The position numbers and the translations under genes were made by a program. Below, piece after piece: positions 32,025 to 45,607 of a stretch of DNA of 64,000 bases; position 1 is the first letter of the stretch; each line of letters starts with the position of its first letter. Source of the stretch: Octopus vulgaris (lineage: Eukaryota); NCBI GenBank assembly GCA_951406725.2, contig OX597822.1, forward strand, positions 86,366,001-86,430,000, written 5' to 3'. Below the pieces are notes generated by a model. It made no database searches and had not been told where the DNA came from. It saw only the letters and a list, made by a program, of their open reading frames with translations.

Positions 32025-33515
32025 TTCTATACCAACCTGAAAGCTTTTTGTTAGCCAGGTGTATTTGTATTAACAGAGGGCTTGAGAAGTATTTAGCCTG
32101 GATTGATAATTCCTTACTGATAACTCAATACACACACACACACACACATGTATGCATGTATATCTATATCTATCTATATAAAGCTCAAAGTTTGTGTAGA
32201 GATAGTACCTTTGACTGAAGGATGCATAGACCCTCTTCAGATACTGATCCTCAACTTAAACATTCAATCATGTTCAAGGAAAAACTTGAACTAGTGATTT
32301 AGTAGTAAAATCATCCCAGCTAAAAACCTTTATGAGGGGAGCCTTTTTCCACTGATCTGGGCAGACCTAAAAGGCCATAATGCTGAAAAAAAAAATTGTA
32401 AAAGTCTTCAACGGCAGAACAAGGAATATCTGAATTTAGGTTCTCAGCATCTTGAGTGGAATATTTTCATAATCTAGCTCAGGGTTTCTCAACGAGATCC
32501 ATATGGCCCTTAGTGGGACACATAGCTAAGTTTGAAAAATAAGGAGCCACAGGGGACTACAGGAGGGGACGCACAGAAAATTTGGGAATCATAAAATATT
32601 AACATGTAGGCATGTATTTTTATTTGTAAAATGCACATTACCCATATACATCTAAGAAACACATGTATGTGTTTATAATTCTGATGAATCATCCTCAAGT
32701 ACTAATTTTCTATTACACTCATATATGTTCCTAAAGAACACGTGCTAGAATATTAGATTCTCAGTGTTGTATGTCCGGTTCATAAGATGAACAGCTACAT
32801 ACCATTGCATCATACCAAATTGCTCCAAAATTTTAAAGCTGCAAAACATACATATACAATGGACAGCACAGAAGGCAAAGTTATGAATCAAATCTCCACT
32901 TCAACACTATTGACGACATGGAAAATCCATCCAATCAACAACATCCATGCTAACTCTGGTTAACATCCGTACAAGTCTCTTTCACATTCTTTTTTCTATT
33001 TTGCTTTGTCAAATTACATCACTTCTTCTCTCTCCCCCTCTCTTCCCACCCCCTCTCTCTCTGCTTATCTCATCCTACTTCTGCTCTTGATTCTGTACTT
33101 TCTTGTTTAATAATATTTTTCTGTGTTGTTAGTGTGCTAGTATCTACTTCTTTTTACTTCATTTTACCTAAGTTTCTATAAGTTACTTTAATTATCATAA
33201 ATATTCCATCTAGGTCCATAGCATCAGAGGTGAGGATGGAAAGGTCGTTCCACCAAGTTAAATCATTGATCAATCATTTAAACTGGACCCAAGCAGTCAG
33301 GAAAACTGTTTCTTCACATATGAGTATAGGATTTATTTTTTAAAAAAACTATAATTAATAAGGGTTTTGAGAAGTATTCAAACTAAGATGGGGAATCATG
33401 AGGGAGGTGAGAGACTGAGGGTACCCTGAAAACAAACAATTCATTAGAAAACTAGATAAAATCATTCTTATATGCACTTTTATATAACTATTAAATTATT
33501 AATCAATTTAATAAT

Positions 33516-34204
33516 TGTGGGATGACGTCAGCAGCTGGGTGCGTTGACCGGAAGTTGGGGCAACCAGAAGGGGCAGCCATGAGGTGTGCGCAGGGAGCGG
33601 GGATTTTGGCCTTTCCAACGAGGGTCGTTGAGGTGTTAAGACATGTGAAGACGTTGCTAAGGTTGGGTGAAGCAGCTGCTATCTTTAGCGTTCAGGTCGG
33701 GGCTGTGACGAAGGATCTATTACCACTGAAGGGTCTCTATCAGAGCGAAGAGAAGGTAGGTGCCTTTATATATCGACTATCTCGCACACACTACAAGCTA
33801 TTTCAGCATTCCATGTAAGTCGTCACCACGATGTCTGCGAAAATCAGGATCGCCAGCGACATCATCAGAGCCTTTAATGGCGAAGGCGATGTAGTGGCCT
33901 GGATGCGTAAAATCAGGCTGGTGGCAAGACTGCAAGGTATAAGCGATGTGGCAAGTCTTATGGCGCTGTATTTAGAAGGGAGCGCGTTAACGCTATACCT
34001 TGAGATGGACGAGGAAGAACGTCTGAGCGAGGTAAAGATAGCAGCTGCTTCACCCAACCTTAGCAACGTCTTCACATGTCTTAACACCCCGACGACCCTC
34101 GTTGGAAAGGCCAAAATCCCCACTCCCTGCGCACGCCTCACGGCTGCCCCTTCCGGTTGCCTCAACTTCCGGTCAACACACCCAGCTGCTGACGTCATCC
34201 CACA
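33516..34204 (+). mobile_element. Gag-bearing element with 172-bp terminal inverted repeats, TG...CA ends and 5-bp TSD
   Basis: ATAAT at 33511-33515 and 34205-34209; arms 33516-33687 and 34033-34204 are reverse complements with 8 transitions; internal ORF from 33831 resembles a Gypsy gag N-terminus. Confidence 0.85.
33831..34032 (+). pseudogene. Truncated Gypsy-like gag N-terminus
   Basis: FNGEGDVVAWMRKIRLVARLQ...LYLEGSAL.LY pattern typical of retrotransposon capsid N-termini; cut off by the right inverted arm. Confidence 0.7.
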
Positions 34205-34766
34205 ATAATTCAATAATTGGTCACTGAATAGTATTATATACTTAATTTAATTAGAATAAAATTTAATATTGAACTATGTTTAATAGAATATAACAAAATA
34301 TATTATAAAATCATTTTTTTTTAAGAAAGAAAATACATTTTCAATATACTTTGCTAACTCATTTTGGTAATTTGAGTTTGATTCAACAATAAATCTTGAA
34401 CTATTTTCTCCATGAGTTTACCAGCTTGCTTCCTTTAGCTATCACTTTTATAATTTAGTTTCTTTTCATCAAATCAATTTTCTTTCTACACTGTCAACTG
34501 AATAGGGAATGATGAATTTTTGTCTTGTTATTTTTATCTTTTTATAAGCATAAATATTAATCTGTTTTTCTTGATTATTATAGCCTTTGATTTAGTTAAC
34601 TGTGTAATGTATTAACTTTATAAACTTGGTTTTAGACCTAATTTTATTCTTGGCTAAAAAGGTATATTGGTTTACCCTACTCTGTATCCACCCCTGAAGA
34701 AAACACTTGAAACTAACCTCTTGTTTATTCAACTTCTTTGAAAATATTTGTTTATTTCAGATAAGC

Positions 34767-36519
34767 ATGGCAAGTGCATCTAAAAAAAGTATAGACACTA
34801 TTCTGTTGAATATCTTCCTTATGGATTCATTAAATCTCCACAAAATTCTACCATGCCTATGTATCTGCTATGTGAGACTTCCTTCTCAAATGAAAGTATG
34901 CATTCCTGCAAACTAAAAGAACATCTGGAGATGAGATAACATAGAGATAAGAACATCTGGAGATGAGATAACATAGAGATAAGAAAGACAAGCTGCTAGA
35001 TTTCTTCAAAAGGTTACATGATGAATTTCAATTAAAGGATGACAGTGGATCAAACATTCACTCAAAGAGCAGCAAAAGTAGACATCTTACAAGATAGCAA
35101 ATTTTGTTGCAAAAGCTGTTAAGCCTGACACCATTTGTGAATCTTTGAGCATAACAGCAGTGGCTGTAGTGATTTCAACAGTCATGGATCAGAGTGCACA
35201 AGAGGTTACTAGTGTTATTCCTCTGAGTAGCTCATCAGTATCACAACGGATTGATGAAATGGCAGCTGATGTTGAAAGTCAATTAGTTTCAAAACTTTTG
35301 GTAAATGAGTTCTCACTTCAAATAGATGAATCAATTCTATCTGTTAATTCTGCTTTTTTAATGGCATTTGTTAGGTTTCTTAATGATATATGTCAAAAAC
35401 TGCTTTGAAATTAACAGCCGACACAAAAGGGGAATCCATCTTCAAAAAATTTGAGGCCTATTTTGAAGAGAACAACATTCCATTGAAGAACATTGTGGCT
35501 TGTGCAACAGATGGCACTCGGGGATTCAGTGCTTACTTAAAAATAGCTGTGCCTAATGTACTTTGTGTGCACTGCGTTCTTCATTGACAGAATTTGGTTG
35601 CCAAACACATAGTAGGATTTTTGAGTGGTGCACTTATAAACATTATCGAAGCTGTCAACTTAATAAAAAAAGAATGCACTGCAAGATCGCCTCTTTAAGC
35701 AATTACGTGAAAATAACGACGAAGAATTTGAACGACTTGTGTTGCATACTGAAGTCAGATGGCTATCCAAGGGTAATTGCCTGCATTGCTTTGTTGCATT
35801 TGGGGACACTGTTATCTCTTTTTTGAGTGAAGCAGAGCCTGGAGAGAAACTTGTTGATGTAAAGAGTGATTTTTTTACTTGTCTGACAAACTTGAAATGC
35901 TAAATGTCCTTAAAAAAGAACTTCAAAGAAATAACTCCACTCTGTTTTCTTGGAAAGAGAAAATTAAAACCTTCAGTGGGAAACCAAAGTTATTCTGGTT
36001 GAATCTTGGAAGATGGGAATTTGCACTGTTTTTCTTCCTTAGCAAGTATATCCATCGAGCTGCTTGATGATGACTTAACAGTTTATGTTGATCATTTGAA
36101 GCTGTTACATAGTGATATGGAAATTCACTTCTCTGATCTACTCCAAATGACAATGCTGCAGCAGTTTGTGGATCCCTTCGTTGTTGATCCATCTGAAATC
36201 AATATTGACATACAAGTTTCATTGAACTTCAAAATAACACAGACGCTCTAGCAAGTATGGAGGGTACCAGAAACTGTGGATGAATGAAGAGATCTCTAAA
36301 AAGTACCCATTACTCTGGAAAAATGTTAAGTTGCTTCTACTCGCTTTTCCCACATCTTATTTAGTTGAGTCAGGTTTCAGTCGATTGATGTGTCTGCTGT
36401 CAAAGACTCGAAATCGCCTTGACGTAGAAAGAAGAGGAGATATTCACCTCTCACTCACGGCTTTGAAACCAAACATCGATCAGTTGGTAACCCTGCATCA
36501 GTCACAGGGATCCCATTGA
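34767..36519 (+). mobile_element. hAT Buster/Charlie (SCAND3/ZBED-like) transposase pseudogene; possible element ends near 32480 and 36786
   Basis: FSLQIDES, ACATDG, HCVLH, HTEVRWLSKG, FPTSYLVESGFS, RNRLD, HQSQGSH*; multiple frameshifts; 32-bp tandem duplication at ~34917-34983. Confidence 0.9.
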
Positions 36520-38259
36520 AATCAGGCAATATAAACTGAAATTGTTTTATTTTTTCCTTTGTAAATGTAAATGAATTTATTTAAATGAAGTATTTATTCA
36601 ACTATTTTTTAATTTACAAATGGGGTGGATGTTTGATGCAAAACTACAATTTTTAATGTTTCTTTCTACTTCTCTAGACATATTGAGCGACAGTGTGAGG
36701 ATAAAAACTTAAATTAGCATGGGGGCCATAATGATTTTGCATTGAATTAAAGGGGGCCAGAGCCAGGCTGAGGTTGAAACACACTAGCTGATAGCAAGGT
36801 TTATTTTATTTTGGTCTTCTTATTAATGAATAATAAAGTTGCTTATTAATTAGTTATGTAACTTTAACTAAAATAAAAGCAATTACTTAAGTCTACACTG
36901 TCTAGAATATTCTTAAAAATTCTAATTTCAATATAGATTAGAATTACTAAGTAGTGATTTATATAAACATAAACTATGTTAGACACATATTCCAACCTGT
37001 AAGAAGGCCGTTTACTGCATTTTGTTATGGAGAAATATTCTCGCTGGAGACAAAAAGTTGTAAACACAGATGCAATGAATGGCCTTATATGAGTTTGAAT
37101 ACGTCTCAAAATATCAGAACTAGTAACAAGTTTATATCTAATTTTAATACATTTTTATTGAGGAGTTCAACTACCTGTTTCAATCTGTTAAGTAATTTTA
37201 ATTCACTGCAAGATATTTTTTTAAACACCATGACACAGCACTTTTTAATGTCTTTCCCCTGTCTCTCTTTGTCTTTTCTCTCTCTTACAAATTTCATAAC
37301 AATGACACATTTTTAAAATATTTACATTTTGCTTATACTCCTTTTAAAAACAAAGGTTGTTCAAATATTTCCAATTCTACTTTCTACAGACATATCAGTG
37401 AAAACATTTCTACAAATAATAAGTTTAATCCAGCATCAGCCCAAATATGTTGATTCTGGTATCCTTTCATATTTGTTGGGTGTTTTTGAAGAAATAGAAA
37501 GCTGAATAAGAAAAGTGGTCTTAATTTACTTATGCTAATTCTACCATATATAAATTTTTCTCATCTTCTTTCAAGTAAAGTGTTTGATTGTTGTGTACAA
37601 TGTTTTAAAAAACACATAACCATTATAGGAGACTGTTGCTATTTTTGAGTGGTTGCTATTATTCAACATTTATTTATTGAATGAGTGAGTGCCATTAGCT
37701 AAATAACGGATACAAAGAGACATTAGACATAAGATACCAGAAAAATTATGGAAGTAGAAAATCAAACGTGTGAATATTAAGTGACCAGCAGAAAACTGTT
37801 CAGAGGGCAGTGTTCTCACTAGCATTAATAAAGAAGGAAGGGAGGGCAAAAAATTTCACTAATATATCATTTAGTGGAGAGCTGATATTTACCAGTTTAA
37901 GAACGCTGTGCTAACCAATGTGGTGAACTGGGAAGCAGCCTAGAGAGTAAATCTTCTCTAACCAAGATTATGGCACTGGAGAATATGCAGTTGAACACCA
38001 CTAAAAAAGCTTCTGCTAGGGATCCGCAATCCTTAAAGTGTTATGGAAACTCCAGTAATGGGACAATTTTGAATGTTCTGGAAGCTTCTAGTTAGATATC
38101 AACTCTTCAACAACACTGACCAATGGTTCTTGGCTACTGTGATTGAGTGTCAGTTCCCTTGGTAGACTCCTGTATGAGGGAACAGCTCTAGCTGGGGACT
38201 CATAACTCACCCGTCCTCGGGAAAGGCCAAGAAAAGATGTCAGGACATGGACATTCTAC

Positions 38260-38880
38260 ATAGTGATCAAAAAAACATACGATACTATGAGGTTAACATT
38301 AAAACAGACTGGCCCTAGCCATTGAGCTGAGATGCTGTTATAATGCAGATATAGTTGTACTCCATGATGCCAAGCTACTTGAAGGGGAAGGGATTCTATT
38401 AATGAAGTTGGTGAAGATCACATCTTCTGGAAGTCTACTTTGCTCTTTGCTTATGATGAACAGTTTCCTGCTCAAACTAAGACACTAAACAGCATCCTGA
38501 AGCTACTCATATCACTTTACATTCCACTTCATGGTAGCCATTACATCACATTGTTGAATGTTATTGAATCTCTCCTGTTGTCTGAGAGTCAGAACAAAGA
38601 GCACTTTTATGAGACATTAGATCAAGCATTGATTAAGATCCAAAACAGGTTAAATTCATTCCAAGGATTGATTTTTAATACAAGTGCGGGAAGAAGTAAA
38701 TAAATCTGGGAGTGAGTGATGGAAGACAATGGCATCATAAAACCTAACAGCAGTATCATCACACTTGTTTATCAAGTGTGAAACATGGCATCACAACTGT
38801 TATCTTTTAATAGAAGAGCAAACACGTGACCTTGCAGATACCACTCTGATCCAAACACTGATATACTCCAGTAAGAGGTG
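38260..38880 (+). mobile_element. Highly decayed RTE endonuclease remnant
   Basis: EL.CYNADIVVL...GEG...EVG...IFW-like translation. Confidence 0.55.
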
Positions 38881-38964
38881 AAGAGCAATAGCTGTCAGTT
38901 AGTAACTTGCATTAAAAGAACATTAATGGCTGCTGAGATACATCGATTCTTCTTTCGTAACTAT

Positions 38965-39083
38965 GTATAAGTATACATACATACATACATACATATATAT
39001 CATCATCATCATATATGTATATATATATGTATATATATGTATGTATATAGATGTATATATATATGTATGTATATATGTGTATG

Positions 39084-39117
<34 letters not shown>

Positions 39118-39350
39118 TATATAAGTGCATATATATGTATATATATATATATGAGTGCATTTATAAATATGCATATATCATCATCATCATCATCATCATA
39201 TATATGAATGCATATATATGCATATATAAATATGCATATATGCATATATGTATATATGTGTGTGTGTGTGTATGTGTGTGTATATATATATGTATGTATA
39301 TATATATGCATATATATACATATACATATACACATACACACACATGTATG
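38965..39350. repeat. Compound (TA)/(TATG)/(TG)/(CAT) microsatellite
   Basis: Direct reading. Confidence 0.95.
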
Positions 39351-39927
39351 TAGATTGGCATCTTTTTTGTGCAGAAGCTTTGATGTTTGCCTGTGGGAAT
39401 TGTCAATACATAAACAATGAATTTTGTTTCAATTTTGTTATGTTTAGAGACAAGAAACACGAGATGTTTGAAATGTGGTAAAAACACTTAATATGGAGCT
39501 TCAGAACAGGAGTATACAGTATATGCACTATGATAGAATTGAGACAATATAACAGAGTTTGGAGAAAATAGAGGACAGATATCAAACATCTTCTGTTCAA
39601 TTTCTGTGAGGTTTTACAATTATATTCTTAATAAGTTGAAACAGGAGTTAATTATCCTTGATGAGTTGCTACCTATAAAATCTATAGAGTAGCAGGCAAT
39701 AAGAGGAGCCAAGATGTGATCAATTCAACTGCTAGAAATCGTAACCATATTTTCCTTAAATCACATCCTACCATCTTAACAATGGAAAGATACATTATAT
39801 AATGTAAATTTGGATGGACACCGTCCCCCCAAAATTTCAGTTTAATCAGGATGACACGGGTTAAACAAGAATGATGACAGTGACAATGACGATGGTATTA
39901 CTGTTACTAATGCCACCGCCGCTGCCG

Positions 39928-39958
<31 letters not shown>

Positions 39959-41982
39959 CTTGCAGACTTACAGAATACTTTGTGATTAGCTAATATAAAA
40001 TTCTAGGTTTTAACTTCAGTCTATTCCAAGCAACTCAAAACGTATTTTCACTTGTGATTATTACTTTTTATTCTTTCTAGATATTGGAATACACAACCAG
40101 TTGATATTCAACAATTTCTCTTGATAGATATAAATCCAAACATCATATTAAACAGTTTTATTCTGTGATTTCTTTGACAATTGCCTCTCTCACGTTAATT
40201 CACAATAAACTCTCTCCTGTTTTCACCAATCCACAACTCCAGAGTTACTCAATTTAAACAGTTATAGCACCATTCAATAAATTAATTCAATCACCCTGTA
40301 GATTTATTTTCACAGTGAAGATACTGACTCCTTATCTAAAATTTGATCATGGTCCCTACATACAACTGTATTGCGACCCTTCCCTTGATCCTTAAATACT
40401 GTTTGTACTCTGGAAATTTACTTAATTATCTCTCTGTGATTATCTCTAGATTAAGCACATTTACAGCAGCAGTGGACATACAACCATAAATTTTACATTC
40501 CCTATCAAAGCCAAATAACCAACAAAGTTAACCATTTTAATAGCATGGTACCACTGTAATAACTGTTACAAGTTTGACCACAGAAAAAAGCCAGTTTCCG
40601 ATAACAATCCAGAGATTGGTATAAAACAATTGAAATAATATCAGGGAATTTAGAATTTGAGGAAGTTTAAAGATCTGATGAAATTTTGAAGGAGTCTTTG
40701 TCTTGCAAGTTACTTGGTGACCCTGCAGGTGCTGGTACCACATAAAAAGTACCCAGTACCTTCTGTAATGTGGTTGGCATTAGGAAGGGCATCCAGTCAT
40801 AGAAAGTATGCCAAAGCAGGCAATAGAGCCTGGTGCAGTTGTCTGGCTTGCTAGATCCTGTCAAATCATTCAACTCATGCTAACATAGAAAACAGACATT
40901 AAATGATGATGAGGAAGATGATGATGAGAGAAGGCATACTGCTACGTAAACTCCTTTCTTAAAGTGTAAACAGTGGTGAAGCATGGCTGTCAGGTGTAGA
41001 AGTGAAGATTATTTTTTATCTTTAACTTGTTTCAGTCATAAGACTGTGGCCATACTGGGGCACTGTTGTGAAGGGTTTTAATTGAACAAATCAACCCCAG
41101 GACTTTTTTTTAAAGTTTAGTAGTTATTCTATTGGTCTCTTTTGCTGGACTGTTAAGTTATGGGGACATAATCACACTGCTGGGTAGTGGTGGGGGACAA
41201 ATACACACACATAAACAATGGGCTTCCACACAGTTTCTGTCTGCCAATTTCAGTTACAAGGTTTTGGTCAGACCGAGGATATAGTATAAGATACTTGCTC
41301 AAGGTGCTATGCAGCGGGACTGAACCCCGAACCATGTGCTTGGGAAACAAGCTTTTTACCACACAGCCCTGTTGGAGATGGTGGTGGTGGTGGTGGGGGT
41401 TTAAATATTTTTATTGGTTTGATTTGGAGGAAGGAGGCTGTTTCACAGGTTTTCCAAGACTAGTGAAATCAACACAGTTCATATTGTTGAATAGTTGCAG
41501 GAACATTACAGACAGGGAGGAATTTCAGAGGATTTCTGAGGAAGAATGGCTGGGCCTTGTCATTAGTATGGGGCCAGGGAGGATGGATGGAATAAGGATG
41601 ACAAGAGGAGGAGGACTGAATGAGTTTGGGGCCGCCTGGATAACTGTGACATTTGACCTCACAGAGGTGAAGAGCAGAGATCACTGTCAAAATGGTAGAA
41701 AAGAGAGAAGACCGTAAATTTGTGGGTCAAAGGTCAAAGTGCATTGTCCAATGAGGTGGCCTTTTTTGGAGGAGGTCCTGGATATGTGTAACCCTAGCAC
41801 AATTTCAGATATGAGAGAGATGCTCTGTTATAAGCCTAACTTTAGCTTTGGCAGGGTTTTGTGGTTGTTGGGATGGGGTGGGGGAAATGGATTCTGTTTC
41901 TGAAGAGAGTGGATTATATCTCTAGGATTAGAGTTTAACAAGTACCAACAAAGTTAAACTAGCAAAATTATTGATTAGCAGT

Positions 41983-42048
41983 AATAATAATAATGATAAA
42001 AATAATAATAATAATAATAATAATGATGATAATGATGATAATGATAAA

Positions 42049-42106
<58 letters not shown>

Positions 42107-42110
42107 GTAA
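41983..42110. repeat. (AAT)n/(GAT)n microsatellite
   Basis: Direct reading. Confidence 0.97.
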
Positions 42111-42919
42111 TGTATTGCTTTGCCATTAAGTATGAGTTCTTGAATGGTCATTGTTCTAAAAATCCATAATCTCATTAAGCTTCACAAAAATTTGTGCATC
42201 AGAAATGAAGTTTACGAGTGTCTTAACAATATGATGATGAATGAGACTTCCATTGACCTTTATCGCACTTTCATTGAGAATGCTAATTACGTTATCTTAA
42301 TTAATAAAATATTGAGTATTTATTAAGTTTTATTCTTCTGAAATCAAAATTACAAAACAATATTTGATAGCATGACACCACAGTCAGCATGTAATACAAA
42401 TCGATTTTCACTACTTTAACAATTTTTAAGCCACTAACTAATAGGATCTTCAAACTGAAATACTGTTTATCTCCAGCGATGCCAGAGTCATGTAGAATAA
42501 TGCAGTGGTGTTTCAGCATAACTGAAGAAATCTCATTCACTATTGGACAGCAGTGCTGAGAATATCTAAGCATTGATAATGTACATCTAAATCTTGTTAA
42601 CTGAACTGAATATTCTTTACTGAAGAGATTTAATACGATAGAAACATATCCATTTATTTCACCTGGCAGATTTAAAGAAAAAATCCACTCTCAACTGCAT
42701 CAACTTTATTTTCCCCAAATTTCAGTTAGCTGATAAACATCCCTCTGTGATTCATCCAATAATGCAGTATCACCTGATGAAATGAATCGATGATGATGCC
42801 CACAGATAATACAGACTATACTGTACTAATCCCTTGGATACTGACTCTGATGTCAAAATTATGCGATTTGTGGAAACGCATGTAGCAATGTATTAAATAA
42901 TTATAATTTCCATCCAAGA

Positions 42920-42963
<44 letters not shown>

Positions 42964-44244
42964 CAGGGTGTGGTAAATAAATTGTCTAAATTACGCATAA
43001 ATGAAAATAACACTGACATCTCATTTTAACAGATATATTTACCAAAATTACATAAAAATTTCTTGATATACTAAAGAGTAAATTTATTCAATAAAATCCC
43101 CATTAGCTTCAACCATGGACTCCAGACGACTTCGGAATCTCCTGCAACTCTTCTGGATGGTCTCCATGTTTAAGTTGGTGAATGCTGCCATAATCCTTGC
43201 CCTCAGTTCATCTTTGTTATTATAAGGAGTTTTGTTGGCCTCTCGCTCAACTGCATCCCGCACATAATAATCAATGGGGTTGTGGTCTGGGGAGTTAAGT
43301 GACTAGAGGTGATGTGGTTGCAGAAATTGTCTGACAGCCATGATTAGGTTCTCCTCTATGTGTGTGGCATGGTGCAGAGTCCTGTTGCCAGATATAGGGT
43401 CTTCTAGCAGCCACCCTTTTCACCCAGGGCAGCACTACCTCCTCCAGGCAATTAATGTAGGCCTCTGTGGTGAGTCTGAGGTTGTGTGGGAAGATGAACA
43501 GAGGTATAACGTTGCAATCACTAGAGATCACTCCAAACATTATGATGTTGACTGTTTGATTTTTATCACTCTTGCTACATGTTTTGGGAACACAGCAAGC
43601 CAATGGTGTTCATCATCTGATCCTGGCAGAAATTTTTCTCATCTGAGAAAAACCAAAGCATGTTCGGTTGGAGGGGATGCTTGAAATTGTTTAAAAGCTT
43701 CATAGCGTGGTCTTTCCTCTTGTCCTTGATGACTTGGGATAAAAATTGGCCCTTTTTTTTTAATCTTGTATGAGGAATACTGAATGTCTTCATGCATTAC
43801 CAGTCTGATAAGAAACTCAGATATTCCAATGTTCCTGGTGATGGACCTGATTTACTTGGAGGGATTGTTGTCAATCATGGCCTGGGTCTCACCAACAAAT
43901 TCAGGAGTTCTCTTCTTATCAGAATGATCAGAGTGAGTTTTTCAAGCTGCCATACCTTTGTAATTACCATTAGACTCATCCAACTCTTTCTGAATCCTCT
44001 GCACTGTCCTCAGATTGACACCCAAACACTCTGAAATGTTCATATTGAAGCTTCCGGCATGAATGTCAAGCAGTACAGCATGTTGTTTCCAAATTTCTGG
44101 CAGAGTGAATAGCATCATGGTGCTGTTTTTCTCACAGACAGTGCCCAACTGACCCTACTATACTGTGTAGTTGATAAAAAACAAACAATGCACATGCATA
44201 AAATTAAAAACATAAAATGGCCACAATTTACCTATTGTACCCTG
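42964..44244 (-). mobile_element. Tc1/mariner-superfamily transposon, probably maT (DD37D) type, defective
   Basis: TIRs CAGGGTG.../...ACCCTG-TA; FFSDEKNF, WQQDSAPCH, SPDHNPIDYYV (third catalytic residue Asp). Confidence 0.85.
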
Positions 44245-44276
44245 TATATATATGAGTGTAGTACAAAACTCACCTA

Positions 44277-45175
44277 GGACAAAACCCCCTTGGACGAAAC
44301 CTCTTTGGACAAAAACCCTAGGACAAAACTCCCATAGTTAAAGTTTGAAAGTGGACAAAACCCCATCAGTTATATTTTTTGGTTATTTTCCGTTTTTTCC
44401 CCTTTTTACTTGTTTCAGTCATTAGACTATGGCCATGCTTTGGTACCGCCTTGAAGAATTTTTATTTGACAGTACTGACCTCAGAATTTTTTTTCTTTTT
44501 AACTTGTTGCAGTTATTAGACTGCAGCCATGCTGGAGTACCACCTCAAAGAATTTCTAGATGACTGTATCGAACCCAGAATGTTTTTTAGGTGATTTTCA
44601 ACCAGCACATGAAATAATAACCAAATCCCTTGAATTTTTTTTTTTTATAATTTCATGTAAACAAAAACGAAAATCAGTTGTAAAATTACTTTTACTTTTT
44701 GAAATAAAATTTTTAAGTAAACAAAATTATATTGAATCGAAAATAAATAAGTAGAATAGAATAACAAAACACAAAACTCCTTACTACTCAATATACATAT
44801 TGTCTGAATTCTAACAAAACAGTTGCTTCAAGAAAAGTGTAGAAAAATATAAATGATAACAAGATGACTAACCTTTGGCGCCATAATTCTGTTAGACCTT
44901 CAACGTTTAGAGAAAGTTCAAAAGGTCAGCTCATTCTCGTTAATATCTAAGTGCAGAGAGAAGAAAAGAAAAGACTTTAAATTTAAATTTTAAAATACTA
45001 ATTTTTCTGAGACTAAAAATTCATTAAAGTGACGCCCCAGTATGGCAGCAGTCTAATGACTGAAACAAATAAAAAAGAAAAAAAAACGTAAAATAAATGA
45101 AAAATATAACCGAAGGGTTTTGTCCTCTATCGCACTAAGGGGGTTTTGTCCTAGCGGGGTTTTGTCCAGATCCCA
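44277..45175. mobile_element. Non-autonomous foldback/TIR element with subterminal GGACAAAACCCC repeats
   Basis: Tandem GGACAAAACCC units at left, GGGTTTTGTCC units at right; the inverted match extends about 150 bp. Confidence 0.7.
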
Positions 45176-45189
45176 TATGTATATATAAA

Positions 45190-45547
45190 ACATGGCACTC
45201 TGTTGATTATGACAATGAGGGTTCCGGTTGATCTAATCAATAGAACAGCCTGCTTGTGAAAGTGGCTGAGTACCACACAGACACATGTACCATTAACGTA
45301 GTTCTTGGGGAGATTCAGTGTGACAAGACTGGCCCTTTGAAATACAGGTACAACAGAAACAGGAAGAAAGAATGAAAGAAATTTGTGATGAAAGAGTACA
45401 GCAGGGTTCACCATTACCCCCTGCTGGAGCCTCATGGAGCTTTAGGTATTTCGCTCAATAAACACTCACACCACCCAGTCTGGGGATCAAAACTGCGATC
45501 CCATGACCACAAGTCTGCTGCCCTAACCACTGGGCCATTGCACCTCC
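45190..45547 (-). mobile_element. tRNA-derived SINE family C
   Basis: Minus-strand head GGAGGTGCAATGGCCCAGTGGTTAGGGC...GTTTTGATCCC. Confidence 0.6.
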
Positions 45548-45574
45548 ATGTATATATATATATATATATTAATG

Positions 45575-45607
<33 letters not shown>

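Noticed and set aside
33214-33323. Plus-strand exon-like segment VHSIRGEDGKVVPPS*IIDQSFKLDP
   Set aside because: In-frame TAA, weak donor, no partner exons or recognised family
33522-33818. Paired ORFs starting MTSAAGCVDRKL on both strands (also 33803-34213)
   Set aside because: Artefact of the GC-rich inverted arms; only the 33831 frame looks like a real protein
38912-39487. Many overlapping ORFs rich in Y/I/H/T/C
   Set aside because: Translations of (TA)/(CA)/(TG) microsatellites
41187-41717. 176-aa ORF with poly-Trp
   Set aside because: Runs through an antisense SINE and a (TGG)n run; no domain recognised
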